Sequence record: PZ386978.1
Source of the DNA: a phage
Length of the DNA stretch: 64,000 nucleotides
Strand: one strand, 5' to 3'
The notes below the pieces were generated by a model. The model did no database searches and had not been told where the DNA came from. It saw only the letters and a list, made by a program, of their open reading frames with translations. Shown here piece after piece: positions 21,059 to 30,855 of this stretch. Every line of letters begins with the position of its first letter. Position 1 is the first letter of the stretch. The translations under genes were made by a program, and so were the position numbers.

Positions 21059-21300
21059 TGACTTATGTAATTTACTCCAAAACTGGATGCCCTCAATGTG
21101 AGACTGCAAAGAATTTTGCAAAAGCTCGTGGTATTGAACATGTTGTGAGAATGTTAGGGCAGGACTATGAGCTATCAGACCTGATGGATATTGCACAGAT
21201 GCCAGTTCGTCAGATGCCATTCATCATGAAAACTGATGGGCAAAACCTAAAACCTGTTGGAACGCTACAGAATTTTATGGCAGAGGTGAATAATGCTTAA
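21058..21300 (+). CDS. glutaredoxin/NrdH-like redoxin
   Basis: 80 aa, N-terminal YSKTGCPQCETAK thioredoxin-fold CxxC active site. Confidence 0.7.
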   Translation: MTYVIYSKTGCPQCETAKNFAKARGIEHVVRMLGQDYELSDLMDIAQMPVRQMPFIMKTDGQNLKPVGTLQNFMAEVNNA

Positions 21301-21499
21301 ACGCCTTTGGGAAGGTTTGGTTGTTGATGCACCAGCTATTGTGATTGGTATGCTTATTGTTAACCTATTTACTGACTTTGAACAAGGTTCATTGTTTGGA
21401 GCCATGTTACTATGGGTTATCTTTGAAATATTAGAGATACAGTTAGGTATCACTGAAAAATTAAGAGAACTCTTTTCGAAGTTTTCTAAAAAGATTTAA
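21293..21499 (+). CDS. hypothetical small hydrophobic protein
   Basis: 68 aa ORF with hydrophobic segment. Confidence 0.35.
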   Translation: MLKRLWEGLVVDAPAIVIGMLIVNLFTDFEQGSLFGAMLLWVIFEILEIQLGITEKLRELFSKFSKKI

Positions 21500-21506
21500 A
21501 ATGAAA

Positions 21507-21529
21507 GGGTCTCTTCGGAGACCTTTTTA
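21507..21529 (+). terminator. intrinsic terminator
   Basis: Hairpin GGGTCTCTTCGGAGACCC followed by TTTT. Confidence 0.6.
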
Positions 21530-21547
21530 GCATGTAAAGGGGCAATA

Positions 21548-22744
21548 ATGAACAAAGTACAGATTATTAAAAAGAACGGCTCACTCGAAGAACCTGATAT
21601 CAAAAAAGTTTTAGCAGCAGTCACAAAGTCAGCTAATAGGGTTGGGTATAAAGAACTCCCACCAGATGTTACCCAAGCTCTTGAGTCAGCATTTATGAGG
21701 ATTCTGGTAAAATCCACTAAGCAGAATAATTTACTCATTTCAGTAAATGATATTCACAGTATTGTTGAGGGTGCTTTGGCAGAAGTCAATCACGAGATTT
21801 ATGAGTCTTACTCAACATATAGAAATTACCGTAAAGAAGTTGCTCAGAATTGGGATGAGCTTTATCAGAAGACCAAAGATACACTCTTCTTAGGTGACCG
21901 AGAAAATGCTAATTTTGACAGCAGTTTAATTTCTACAAAAGGTTCAATTATTCGTGGTTATCTGACTAAAGAAATCTTTAAACAGTACCATTTAACACCA
22001 GAGGAACTTGAAGCCATTGAAAAAGGGTTTATCTATATCCATGATTTAAGAGACCTAATTTTTGGTGGTATCAACTGTTGCCTGTTTGACATTGGTAAAG
22101 TCCTGAAAGGTGGCTTTGAAATGTCTGGCATTGAATATTGTGAACCAAAGTCTGTGCTGTCGGCCTTACAGGTTATTGGTGACGTAGTTCTTTCAGCAAC
22201 TGCACAGCAATTTGGTGGCTTTACTTTAGCAGAGATTGATAAGGTACTCGTACCGTATGCTAAGAAGTCTCTACGCTATCATGCTGAGAAAGCAGCATCT
22301 TATGGTATTCCTAAAGAACATTACCACAATTATGTCATGGAGCAGTTACAGATTGAGCTAACTCAAGGTTTCCAGTCACTTGAAATGAAACTCAATACTG
22401 TGCCTTGTAGCCGTGGGGATTTTGCATTCACAACTTTGACATTCGGGTTACTTGACTCAGATATGTCCAATGAAGATAACCGACTGCAATATATGATTGC
22501 AAGTACTCTCCTAGATGTTCGTATGAATGGACAAGGTAAGAGCAAGAAGCCTGTTGTATTTCCTAAACTGGTTTATATTTATGACCAGAAGAGACACGAT
22601 GAGAATATCTGTCAAGGACACCTGTACAGTAAAGCTATTGAGTGTTGCTCTAAAGCAATGTATCCAGATTTCTTAAGTGTATCTGGTCATGGTGCTGTAG
22701 CAGAGGCTTTTGAGCGTTCTGGCAAGGTTATTTCACCGATGGGT
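21548..22744 (+). CDS. nrdD: anaerobic ribonucleoside-triphosphate reductase, exon 1
   Basis: Reading frame ends ...ISPMG at an in-frame TAA; continuation found in frame ~740 nt downstream; exon ends with U as expected for a group I 5' splice site. Confidence 0.75.
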
Positions 22745-23486
22745 TAACAAGCTCTATAGCTCATCTAAAACGTGCCTAAACAGGGAAACTCTACAGGTGT
22801 AGACAATCCTGTGCTAAATGATGTACGATGTAAGAAACTATATGACATAGGAGTATTACATGCCAAATTATCATGTTACTGAAGACGGAAGAGTCTTTAG
22901 GAAAAATGGTGTAGAACTTAAGCAGTGGAAATCCAACACTGGGTATATGAAAGTGAGGTTTTACGGTAAGAAGAATCGTGACATGTATGTTCATAGGTTA
23001 GTTGCTGAGAAATATGTACCTAACCCGAACAATCTTCCAATTGTAAAACACAAAGATGATAACAAACTGAATAACCATGCTTCTAACTTAGAATGGGGAA
23101 CTCATTCTGAGAATGTTAAAGAAGGTTATGAAAATGGTTGCTACAAGTTTTGTAAGCGTTCATATGCTGTGAAGGCTACACACAAAGTAACAAAAGAAGT
23201 TATTGTTGCGAACTCGATACGAGAGTTGTCCAAGATGCTTGGGTATAATCGCAAGACTATCTCTTCAATACTGAAGGGTGTAAAAGAATATAATAACTTT
23301 GAACATGAATTTGAATACATCTAAATGCCGAACGACTAACCGTGATGAATGTAGCGGTGTAGGGTCAAGCGACTCGAAATGGTACGCTACTTAGAAATAA
23401 GTAGAAGATATAGTCTGGACTTACTGGCGACAGTAAGCAGCTTGAATAAAGCGGGGTAAGCTTAGCGAACTTACCTGAACAACAAG
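22745..23486 (+). mobile_element. putative group I intron interrupting nrdD, carrying an HNH homing endonuclease ORF
   Basis: Non-coding flanks around ORF 22860..23324; 3' end ...AACAAG ends in G; joining 22744 to 23487 restores ...ISPMG|CRAFLSPYHNEHGEEFYVGRAN... Confidence 0.6.
22860..23324 (+). CDS. HNH homing endonuclease (intron-encoded)
   Basis: 154 aa; motifs YVHRLVAEKY...VKHKDDNKLNNHASNLEWGTHSEN typical of HNH_3 family. Confidence 0.75.
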   Translation: MPNYHVTEDGRVFRKNGVELKQWKSNTGYMKVRFYGKKNRDMYVHRLVAEKYVPNPNNLPIVKHKDDNKLNNHASNLEWGTHSENVKEGYENGCYKFCKRSYAVKATHKVTKEVIVANSIRELSKMLGYNRKTISSILKGVKEYNNFEHEFEYI

Positions 23487-24434
23487 TGTAGAGCATTTTT
23501 ATCACCATACCATAACGAACATGGTGAAGAGTTTTATGTAGGTCGTGCTAATATTGGTGCTGTATCTTTGAACTTACCAATGATTTACCAGTATTCTAAA
23601 GAGAATGGCTTAGATTTCTGGAAAGAGCTTGATAAGTACCTAGAAATGATTCGTAGTTTCCACAAGAAACGCTATGAAATGATTGCCAATATGCCAGCAA
23701 GTTCTAATCCTCTTGCATTTACACAAGGTGGTCTGTACAAAGGAACTAAGAAGCCTACTGACAGGGTTGGTTGGGATATTGTGAAGTCCTTCACAGCTTC
23801 TTTTGGGGTTACTGCGCTTGATGAGCTATCTGTTCTTGCTGAAGGTAAACGACTTCATGAAGTTGGAAGCTATAGTTTTGCATATGATGTTCTGGCATAC
23901 ATCAACATGAAAACTGAAGAGTTTAAGAACGAAGATGGCTTCTTGTATGCGGTATATGGCACTCCAGCAGAATCACTTTGTGGAACTCAGTTAAAACAGT
24001 TCAGAGATATGTTTGGCGTTATTAAAGGTGTCTCTGACAAGGAATACTTTACAAACAGTTTCCATATGAATGTTGCAGCAGACATCTCACCATTTGAGAA
24101 GCAGGACTTAGAAGAACCATTCTTCCATATCTGTAGAGGTGGCAGAATCCAGTATGTCAGGGTAGCTAACCCAGAAAACTTAACAGCACTTAAGAGTTGT
24201 ATTACGAGAGGTATGTTGAAAGGTTTCTATCAGGGACTTAACTTTGACTTAGCAATCTGTGAACATTGTGGTAACAGACCAAAGGCTGATGTTGAAGAAT
24301 GTGAGGTTTGTCATTCACATGACATCTCTGTGATTAACAGGGTGTGCGGGTACTTGTCATTCACAAAAATTAAAGGTCAGTCTCGAATGAATGATGCAAA
24401 AATCGCTGAGATTCGTGACAGGATTTCTATGTAA
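23487..24434 (+). CDS. nrdD: anaerobic ribonucleoside-triphosphate reductase, exon 2
   Basis: C-terminal zinc site CEHCG...CEVCHSH and glycyl-radical motif RVCGYLS; ORF track calls only the portion from 23568. Confidence 0.75.
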   Translation, partial: CRAFLSPYHNEHGEEFYVGRANIGAVSLNLPMIYQYSKENGLDFWKELDKYLEMIRSFHKKRYEMIANMPASSNPLAFTQGGLYKGTKKPTDRVGWDIVKSFTASFGVTALDELSVLAEGKRLHEVGSYSFAYDVLAYINMKTEEFKNEDGFLYAVYGTPAESLCGTQLKQFRDMFGVIKGVSDKEYFTNSFHMNVAADISPFEKQDLEEPFFHICRGGRIQYVRVANPENLTALKSCITRGMLKGFYQGLNFDLAICEHCGNRPKADVEECEVCHSHDISVINRVCGYLSFTKIKGQSRMNDAKIAEIRDRISM

Positions 24435-24442
24435 AACTTGAC

Positions 24443-24485
24443 AAGGTGATGTGGGTCTTGATAGGCTTACATCACCTTTTTATTT
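24443..24485 (+). terminator. intrinsic terminator after nrdD
   Basis: Stem AAGGTGATGT / ACATCACCTT followed by TTTTATTT. Confidence 0.6.
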
Positions 24486-24496
24486 GGAGTTACACT

Positions 24497-24832
24497 ATGG
24501 ACTTGTGGCTTTATGTAGCAGTTTGTGGGATTGTATGTCTGATAATCTTATTTATTCTTGGAGTAATGCGATTTAGAGACATCATACAGTCAGATTTTTT
24601 GCCTGAGTTTGCCATGATAGTTGGGGTTATTACCCTTTGTGTCTTGGCAGTGTTCTATTCATACAAAACTGTGATATGGATGGAGGAAAACAATTGTGTA
24701 AAAACTCATCAGCATCGTGAGGTTACTCATTTTGTGAGTGTACTTAGTGGTAGCACCACTATACTTGTCCCACAAACTTCTGTAGAGTATCTTTACACAT
24801 GTGATAATGGTAAAACTATATGGTGGAATTAA
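24497..24832 (+). CDS. hypothetical membrane protein
   Basis: Start at MDLWLYV with GGAG SD; two hydrophobic helices. Confidence 0.4.
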   Translation: MDLWLYVAVCGIVCLIILFILGVMRFRDIIQSDFLPEFAMIVGVITLCVLAVFYSYKTVIWMEENNCVKTHQHREVTHFVSVLSGSTTILVPQTSVEYLYTCDNGKTIWWN

Positions 24833-24834
24833 CA

Positions 24835-25035
24835 ATGACAACACTCTTAAAAGTATTGATACCCATACTACATATAGCAGTCTTCTTCTTTGGTGTTAGT
24901 GTTATGGTATGGGGATTTTCAGACCCACAATGGAGTTTCTCATATCATGGTCAGATGGACTTATGGTCATGCTTCAAACCATTTTTAGGGTTAGCTATAG
25001 CATTCAGTGCATTACCAACTAAGGTGAAATTATGA
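24835..25035 (+). CDS. hypothetical membrane protein
   Basis: Small ORF with hydrophobic segment ILHIAVFFFGVSVMVW. Confidence 0.4.
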   Translation: MTTLLKVLIPILHIAVFFFGVSVMVWGFSDPQWSFSYHGQMDLWSCFKPFLGLAIAFSALPTKVKL

Positions 25036-25427
25036 TTAAGTTGAGCCAAAAACAGTTAGAGTGGATTAAAGATTATGCCTCAGAGTGTGGCTCTTGCGAA
25101 AAGAATCACGTAAGATACTCAACATTCCATACGACCTTCACATTGTATATTGGCGACAATGTTCTAAGTGATTCTGTAGAAGATGGTGTAGCATTGCCTA
25201 ATGAATTACTTGATAAACTGGCTGTAGTCTCTGGAACTTGGTCTGAAGAAGATGGTCACGAACTATCTGACGATGTTGTCTTCTACACCCTTGAAAACAT
25301 CATGAATCCAGAGTACATTATGCTAATGACTTGCGCACAAGATTGTGTACCATTACAAAACTTTATTAAAGAGCACTGTGAAGAGTTTATTACTAAACAG
25401 GTTCCTTGTCAGGTGGTGTTTGAATGA
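25032..25427 (+). CDS. hypothetical protein
   Basis: 131 aa ORF, overlapping stop/start. Confidence 0.45.
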   Translation: MIKLSQKQLEWIKDYASECGSCEKNHVRYSTFHTTFTLYIGDNVLSDSVEDGVALPNELLDKLAVVSGTWSEEDGHELSDDVVFYTLENIMNPEYIMLMTCAQDCVPLQNFIKEHCEEFITKQVPCQVVFE

Positions 25428-25723
25428 GTAAAACAATTCGAAGAAAAGGTTTAAAGAACGTTCATGGGCTTTATGAGTGGAGAAATGAGGTACGTAACAG
25501 AGAAAACGCTTCAGATGTCTACTTCCATTCTGATATGATGTCCAGAAAAGGTGGCTCTTATGACTTTACAAGCCAACCTTGTAGAGAGATTAAGAAGGCT
25601 ACTAAACGTCTTACAAGAACACAAATAAGGCAGCTTTCTAAGACATCTTTCTTAGATGAAGACTTTGACATTGATAGTAAGTCCCCAAAGAAAGCTGCTA
25701 AGAATACTTATATGTATTGGTGA
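25424..25723 (+). CDS. hypothetical protein
   Basis: 99 aa ORF. Confidence 0.45.
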   Translation: MSKTIRRKGLKNVHGLYEWRNEVRNRENASDVYFHSDMMSRKGGSYDFTSQPCREIKKATKRLTRTQIRQLSKTSFLDEDFDIDSKSPKKAAKNTYMYW

Positions 25724-25732
25724 GGTAACTAG

Positions 25733-26218
25733 ATGAATTACATGGAGATTAGACCATTTGACACAGCTAATGGTGAAGGGGTTCGTGTAAGCCTCTTCGT
25801 AGCTGGTTGTAAGCATCACTGTGAAGGCTGCTTTAACAGGGAGTCTTGGAAGTTTAATGCTGGTAAAGTGTTCACTTATGCAAACCTATATGGAATCATC
25901 CAGTTAATGGGTGATGATGCTGTCAGTGGGTTGTCAATACTTGGTGGAGAACCTCTGGATGATAGAAACATTCAAGAGGTTACCAACATATGCAAACGTA
26001 TTAAAACCGTTTACCCAGAAAAATCTATCTGGCTCTGGACAGGTTTTCAGTTACATGAAAAAATTCACCTTGATGTGATGAAATATGTTGACGTGGTGAT
26101 TGATGGCAAGTATGATTCATCTAAACCAACAGTTAAACCATATCGTGGTTCTGATAACCAAAACCTCTGGAGAAAAGAGTATGGGTGGCAAGGTGATTGT
26201 CAGTGGAGAGCAGAGTGA
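25733..26218 (+). CDS. nrdG: anaerobic ribonucleotide reductase activating protein (radical SAM)
   Basis: 161 aa; N-terminal FDTANGEGVRVSLFVAGCKHHCEGC iron-sulfur cluster motif. Confidence 0.8.
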   Translation: MNYMEIRPFDTANGEGVRVSLFVAGCKHHCEGCFNRESWKFNAGKVFTYANLYGIIQLMGDDAVSGLSILGGEPLDDRNIQEVTNICKRIKTVYPEKSIWLWTGFQLHEKIHLDVMKYVDVVIDGKYDSSKPTVKPYRGSDNQNLWRKEYGWQGDCQWRAE

Positions 26219-26317
26219 TTATTCTGGCAAATGGACTAAGGTATAACTCCAATTGGTATCACTGAAGAAGAACTTCATAAGTTCTGTATTAAACTTTAAT
26301 GAGAGAGAGACTAAAAA

Positions 26318-26584
26318 ATGGGAATTTTAGGTAATATGAAAGCTGGATTCTTGAAGGCATTGGCAAAAGCAGCAGCAATTGTTTCTATGACTGGAAAGCA
26401 GGTCGGTGTAGATGCTTCAGCGGTTGCACAGGTTCTTACAAGCCAAATTGAAAAGCAGCCTTACATCTATGTAGGCCGTGGCAAAGGTGGTAAGAAACAA
26501 GCCCACCGTCCGTCTGGTGCAGCAGCTATTAAACGAGCAGCTAAGAAAGCTCGTAACCGTAAACGTAATAAGAAGGCTAAATAA
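26318..26584 (+). CDS. hypothetical basic protein
   Basis: 88 aa with lysine/arginine-rich C-terminus KKARNRKRNKKAK. Confidence 0.45.
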   Translation: MGILGNMKAGFLKALAKAAAIVSMTGKQVGVDASAVAQVLTSQIEKQPYIYVGRGKGGKKQAHRPSGAAAIKRAAKKARNRKRNKKAK

Positions 26585-26586
26585 TC

Positions 26587-26907
26587 ATGAGCAAAGTTTA
26601 TAACACTCGCAAATTACAGATTTTCGTACTGTGCCAGTTTATGGCTAAAGAATATAACTTCTACTATTGTGGTACAGGTTTTATTAGCGATGATGATGGC
26701 TCATACCTCCCATTCAAAGAAGCTGTAAAACTCTTTAATGAAGAGAAAAGCTCTAAGAAAGATATTGAAAAGGTTAAACTAACCTACAGCAAGAAAGATA
26801 AGAAGATTATCTGCCTAGATAACTTTGTAAAAGTTACTGGAGAAGCAAAAGAGTTTATGGATGAGAGTGAAATTTCATTCACAAGTATCTTGAAAGTAGC
26901 TCAGTAA
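26587..26907 (+). CDS. hypothetical protein
   Basis: 106 aa ORF. Confidence 0.45.
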   Translation: MSKVYNTRKLQIFVLCQFMAKEYNFYYCGTGFISDDDGSYLPFKEAVKLFNEEKSSKKDIEKVKLTYSKKDKKIICLDNFVKVTGEAKEFMDESEISFTSILKVAQ

Positions 26908-26920
26908 ACAGATACTATAA

Positions 26921-26947
26921 GGGAACTGTAAAGGTTCCCTTTTTTAT
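26921..26947 (+). terminator. intrinsic terminator
   Basis: Hairpin GGGAACTGTAAAGGTTCCC followed by TTTTTTAT. Confidence 0.6.
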
Positions 26948-26959
26948 TTTGGAGATAAA

Positions 26960-27475
26960 ATGTATCTGTCAAACCTGAAACGTTCGGCTGCAATGTCAGT
27001 TCTAAGACTCAGCTTTGAGGAACGTCAAGAGTTCATTGACTCCCACCAATATGACCCTTCTAACTCGAATCACATGGTTCTTTGGAATCGTGATAGTACT
27101 CGTGAAAGAGCACTATTCCGCTACTACCCACATTACACCGTAGACAACCTGTATGAATGTTTTGTTGTGAAGAACACCATTACAGTACTCAATAAACTTT
27201 GCAGATACACAGGTAGTCAATCCTTCACATTAGGACATCACAAACCTGTTACAAAGGGTGGTGAGCATCACTGTGCAAACTGGTTTATCCAGACTAGACT
27301 TGATAACCAGAGGCAAGGTGATAGTCTTTTAAGTACCCCTAAGATGTCCTATGAAGAGCAAGAGAAATATATCAAAAATAATATGCCAGATGTGCTTGAC
27401 AACAACTATACAGATTTGGCAATATCTCTCCTGTTGAAGTTCGAGACAGTTTATAGGGCAACTTATAATGGCTAA
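26960..27475 (+). CDS. hypothetical protein (weak HNH-like His cluster)
   Basis: 171 aa; segment LGHHKPVTKGGEHHCANW is only loosely HNH-like. Confidence 0.4.
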   Translation: MYLSNLKRSAAMSVLRLSFEERQEFIDSHQYDPSNSNHMVLWNRDSTRERALFRYYPHYTVDNLYECFVVKNTITVLNKLCRYTGSQSFTLGHHKPVTKGGEHHCANWFIQTRLDNQRQGDSLLSTPKMSYEEQEKYIKNNMPDVLDNNYTDLAISLLLKFETVYRATYNG

Positions 27476-27746
27476 AGAGAAGTGGGAGATTTTACCATTA
27501 GTCAGTGAAGGCGGTAATGGTTGTGAAATGTACATGATACGTGGTCATGTTCCAGAACCAATTGCACTTGAGATGGTAAACAACTTTACAGATGGCTCTT
27601 ACAAAGACTTAGGGGAGCCAACTATAAAGCAGCAATGGGTAAAGCCTGTACCAGACAGCACAGGTAACTGTAGTGTACTTTATCACGTTGTAGACCCTGC
27701 AAGATGCAAATCTGCAATGGCAGTAACAAACGTAACTTTTGATTGA
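27468..27746 (+). CDS. hypothetical protein
   Basis: 92 aa ORF. Confidence 0.4.
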   Translation: MAKEKWEILPLVSEGGNGCEMYMIRGHVPEPIALEMVNNFTDGSYKDLGEPTIKQQWVKPVPDSTGNCSVLYHVVDPARCKSAMAVTNVTFD

Positions 27747-27757
27747 GAGAGAAAACT

Positions 27758-28639
27758 ATGAAAACATCTATCCGTGTTACAGTTCATTCACCAACTAAAG
27801 GGACTCATGAAGAAGAGTTTAACATCATCCAATTCCCTTCTGGTGAGATTGGTGGACACTTTTCACCAGAGTTTGTTGATTTCACTGCTTATGCAGCATC
27901 ATCCATCAACAATGTGGTTATGATTGTAAAAGGTTATGATAAGGACACATTGTTTGCTGTGGCACTTGCTAAAGAGGCGGTGGATGACTTAGTACCTCAT
28001 AAGTTTGCTATGAAGACTGTTATCTTTTACTATTTGCCAAATGCACGTTACGACCGTCACATGTTTAAAGGTGATGCAGCAGCTTTGAAAGTGTTTGCAC
28101 AACAGGTTAATGCAATGGGTTTTGATGCAGTCTGTGCAGTTGACCCTCACAGTTACGTTCCAGACAACCTGTTTAACTGCTTCCAGAGTATTCCTCAAAA
28201 GGAGATTGCAGTTCACTATGCAAATGACCCTCTGATTGATTACTTAGTAGCCCCAGATGCAGGTGCTTCTAAGAAGATTGCAGAGACTGCTAAAGAGGTG
28301 GATAAACCATATATCACAATGTCTAAAGTGCGTAACCTTAAGACTGGTGAAATTACTGGTATGCGAATCCTTGATGATGTTGATTTGACAGATAAAACCG
28401 TCATGATTCTGGATGATATCTGTGATGGTGGTCGAACCTTCGTAGAAGCAGCAAAACATCTTCGTGAAGCAGGTGCAAAACGTGTGGAACTTTATGTAAC
28501 ACATGGTATCTTCTCTAAAGATGTTGAAAACCTTCTTGACAACGGTATCGACCATATTTACACTACGAACTCTTTAGGCGAAGCTAAAGACCGTGGTTTA
28601 ACACATTATAGTCAAGTTACTGTAGCAAACCTTGATTGA
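27758..28639 (+). CDS. ribose-phosphate pyrophosphokinase (PRPP synthetase)-like protein
   Basis: Type I PRTase/PRPP-binding loop VMILDDICDGGRTF in C-terminal half; ATG at 27758 preferred over track start 27743. Confidence 0.7.
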   Translation: MKTSIRVTVHSPTKGTHEEEFNIIQFPSGEIGGHFSPEFVDFTAYAASSINNVVMIVKGYDKDTLFAVALAKEAVDDLVPHKFAMKTVIFYYLPNARYDRHMFKGDAAALKVFAQQVNAMGFDAVCAVDPHSYVPDNLFNCFQSIPQKEIAVHYANDPLIDYLVAPDAGASKKIAETAKEVDKPYITMSKVRNLKTGEITGMRILDDVDLTDKTVMILDDICDGGRTFVEAAKHLREAGAKRVELYVTHGIFSKDVENLLDNGIDHIYTTNSLGEAKDRGLTHYSQVTVANLD

Positions 28640-28648
28640 AAGTTTATA

Positions 28649-28669
28649 GGGGCTTAAAAGCCCCATTTT
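28649..28669 (+). terminator. hairpin, possible terminator/attenuator
   Basis: GGGGCTTAAAAGCCCC followed by ATTTT. Confidence 0.4.
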
Positions 28670-28684
28670 GAGAGAGATTAAAAG

Positions 28685-30466
28685 ATGACTAAATCACTTT
28701 ATGCAGTACCAGCAGGTTTAAATGCAGATGCTTACAAGGCATCACATATATATCAGTATCCAGATGCTACGCAATATCTTATGTTGAACCTAACACCACG
28801 TAGCGACAAATGGTTTAACAGCCCCTTAGCAATTGATGGTGTAGTGGCTTTTGGTATTCAACGTTTCGTTAAAGATTACTTGATAGACCATTGGAATGCC
28901 ACCTTCTTTGAACGTGACAAAAAAGAAGCAATTGACGAAATCTTAGAAGTCATGAATGGTGTTCTGGGTAAAGATGCTATCGGTCGAGAGCATTGGGAAG
29001 CACTTCACGACTTAGGTTATCTACCAGTTGAAGTATACGCTGTAGAAGAAGGTACAGTTGTCCCTATGCGTGTCCCAATGATTGTCTTCCAGAACACTGT
29101 TTCAGGTTTCCATTGGGTAGCAGGTTATCTGGAAGATGCTTTCTCTGCTGAGATTTGGAAGGCTTGTACCATTGCAACTATTGCATTGCATTATAAACGC
29201 ATCTGTAAGAAGTGGGCTGACCTTACTTGTGACAATGACTTACATTTACCTTATCAGTGCCATGACTTTGCTATGCGTGGTATGTCCGGCTTTACTGATG
29301 ACGCATTTAACGCTGTAGGTCACTTAACCAGCTTTAAAGGAACTGATAGCTTCCCTGCTGTATACACGGCTAAACGCATCTATGGACAGTCTTACCCAAT
29401 TTCTGATATTGGTAGTTCTGTACCAGCCACTGAACACTCTGTAATGTGTGCAAACATTGCTTGGGAAGGTGGTAATGAATTGATTGAAGAGGAAAGACGC
29501 TTTAAAGGTGAATTACAAACCTTCCGTCGCTTCTTAACAGAAACTTACCCAACTGGTATTGCAAGTATTGTTTCAGACACTTATAACTTCTGGAGAACTG
29601 TGTCAGAAATCTTACCAGCACTTCGCAAAGAGATTATGGAACGTGACGGTAAACTGGTAATTCGTCCTGACTCTGGAGACCCTGTACACATTGTCACAGG
29701 TTATAAAGCAATCCACTTAGAGTGTGCTAAAAAGGCTTATTATGAGCACCTAAGCAAGCTGGAAGCCAGTGACACAATGCTGAATGCTGTTCTGAACATG
29801 AAGCTTGAAAACATCAGCTATGGTATTGCTGGATGGCTACTGTCAGAAGGCTACGAAATGGTTGTTGACCGAGAAGACTTTGAAGTTGCTGATACAGTGA
29901 TGTTGAAAAATGCTTATATGGTTGGCTCTGCAAACGTTGTAACACGTCCTGTAGCAGAGATTGATGGAGCTATTAAGACACTGTACAACATCTTTGGAGG
30001 AACTATTAACTCGAAAGGGTTTAAGGTACTGGATGAGCACATCGGCCTTATCTATGGTGACTCTATCACACTGGAACGTGCAAACGAAATCCTGAAGCGT
30101 CTGTATGAAATGGGTTTTGCAAGCTCTAACGTAGTGTTTGGCGTAGGCTCTTACACTTACCAGTACATGACTCGTGACACCTTTGCATTTGCTGTTAAAG
30201 CAACTCTTGCAAGCATTGGTGGTAAAGAGATTATGCTTGCAAAAGACCCTAAAACAGATAGTGGTGTTAAGAAGTCTGCTTTTGGTGGTGTAGCACCTAT
30301 GTGGGATGGTGATAAGTTGAAAGCTGTAGATGGCTACGGATTCCAGAGCTTTGCAGATGCACTTGAACATCCAGCTTGTGCTTTACGTTTAGTCTTTAGT
30401 GACTCTGAGCAGTACGGTTACACATCTCTTGGTGATATTCGAAATAATATTGACAAGCAGCTTTAA
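28685..30466 (+). CDS. nicotinamide phosphoribosyltransferase (NAMPT)-like protein
   Basis: 593 aa; overall NAMPT-like by eye, immediately downstream of the PRPP-synthetase-like gene. Confidence 0.7.
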   Translation: MTKSLYAVPAGLNADAYKASHIYQYPDATQYLMLNLTPRSDKWFNSPLAIDGVVAFGIQRFVKDYLIDHWNATFFERDKKEAIDEILEVMNGVLGKDAIGREHWEALHDLGYLPVEVYAVEEGTVVPMRVPMIVFQNTVSGFHWVAGYLEDAFSAEIWKACTIATIALHYKRICKKWADLTCDNDLHLPYQCHDFAMRGMSGFTDDAFNAVGHLTSFKGTDSFPAVYTAKRIYGQSYPISDIGSSVPATEHSVMCANIAWEGGNELIEEERRFKGELQTFRRFLTETYPTGIASIVSDTYNFWRTVSEILPALRKEIMERDGKLVIRPDSGDPVHIVTGYKAIHLECAKKAYYEHLSKLEASDTMLNAVLNMKLENISYGIAGWLLSEGYEMVVDREDFEVADTVMLKNAYMVGSANVVTRPVAEIDGAIKTLYNIFGGTINSKGFKVLDEHIGLIYGDSITLERANEILKRLYEMGFASSNVVFGVGSYTYQYMTRDTFAFAVKATLASIGGKEIMLAKDPKTDSGVKKSAFGGVAPMWDGDKLKAVDGYGFQSFADALEHPACALRLVFSDSEQYGYTSLGDIRNNIDKQL

Positions 30467-30480
30467 AAGTATATGATAAG

Positions 30481-30504
30481 AGGCTCCTACGGGAGCCTTT
30501 TTAA
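30481..30504 (+). terminator. intrinsic terminator
   Basis: AGGCTCCTACGGGAGCCT followed by TTTTAA. Confidence 0.6.
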
Positions 30505-30519
30505 TTTCTGGAGAAAGAT

Positions 30520-30855
30520 ATGAAAATCAAAGAGATGAACATTAACGTTGTCCTAGAAGAACGTTGGGAAAACATTAAGAAACCTGAAGATGGTAAAAAG
30601 TTCCTTAACAAAATTTTAGTAGCAGCTAAAGAAGAACTGACTGGCAAGATTGCAGCAGCAATCACAATAAAAGTCTGTGTAAAAGGTCTTCCACAACATC
30701 ACCAATTTGCACTTGACGAGTTTAAAGAAAGCTTCTACAATCCAAACAAACAGATACTTGAAAGTAACTTTGCAGTGTCTACAAGTATCGTCCATGACAG
30801 AAGCTTTATCCTTTACAAAAACATGAGGGGTGAGTCATGCAAGCATATTGGATAG
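30520..30855 (+). CDS. hypothetical protein
   Basis: 111 aa ORF. Confidence 0.45.
   Translation: MKIKEMNINVVLEERWENIKKPEDGKKFLNKILVAAKEELTGKIAAAITIKVCVKGLPQHHQFALDEFKESFYNPNKQILESNFAVSTSIVHDRSFILYKNMRGESCKHIG

Noticed and set aside
24436-24448. ACTTGACAAGGTG copy after nrdD as a promoter
   Set aside because: At this site the motif overlaps the 5' arm of a clear terminator hairpin and no downstream -10 element is evident, so it is not called as a promoter here
29843-30370. 175 aa minus-strand ORF antisense to the NAMPT-like gene
   Set aside because: Completely inside a strongly supported plus-strand gene; Cys/Phe-rich antisense artefact
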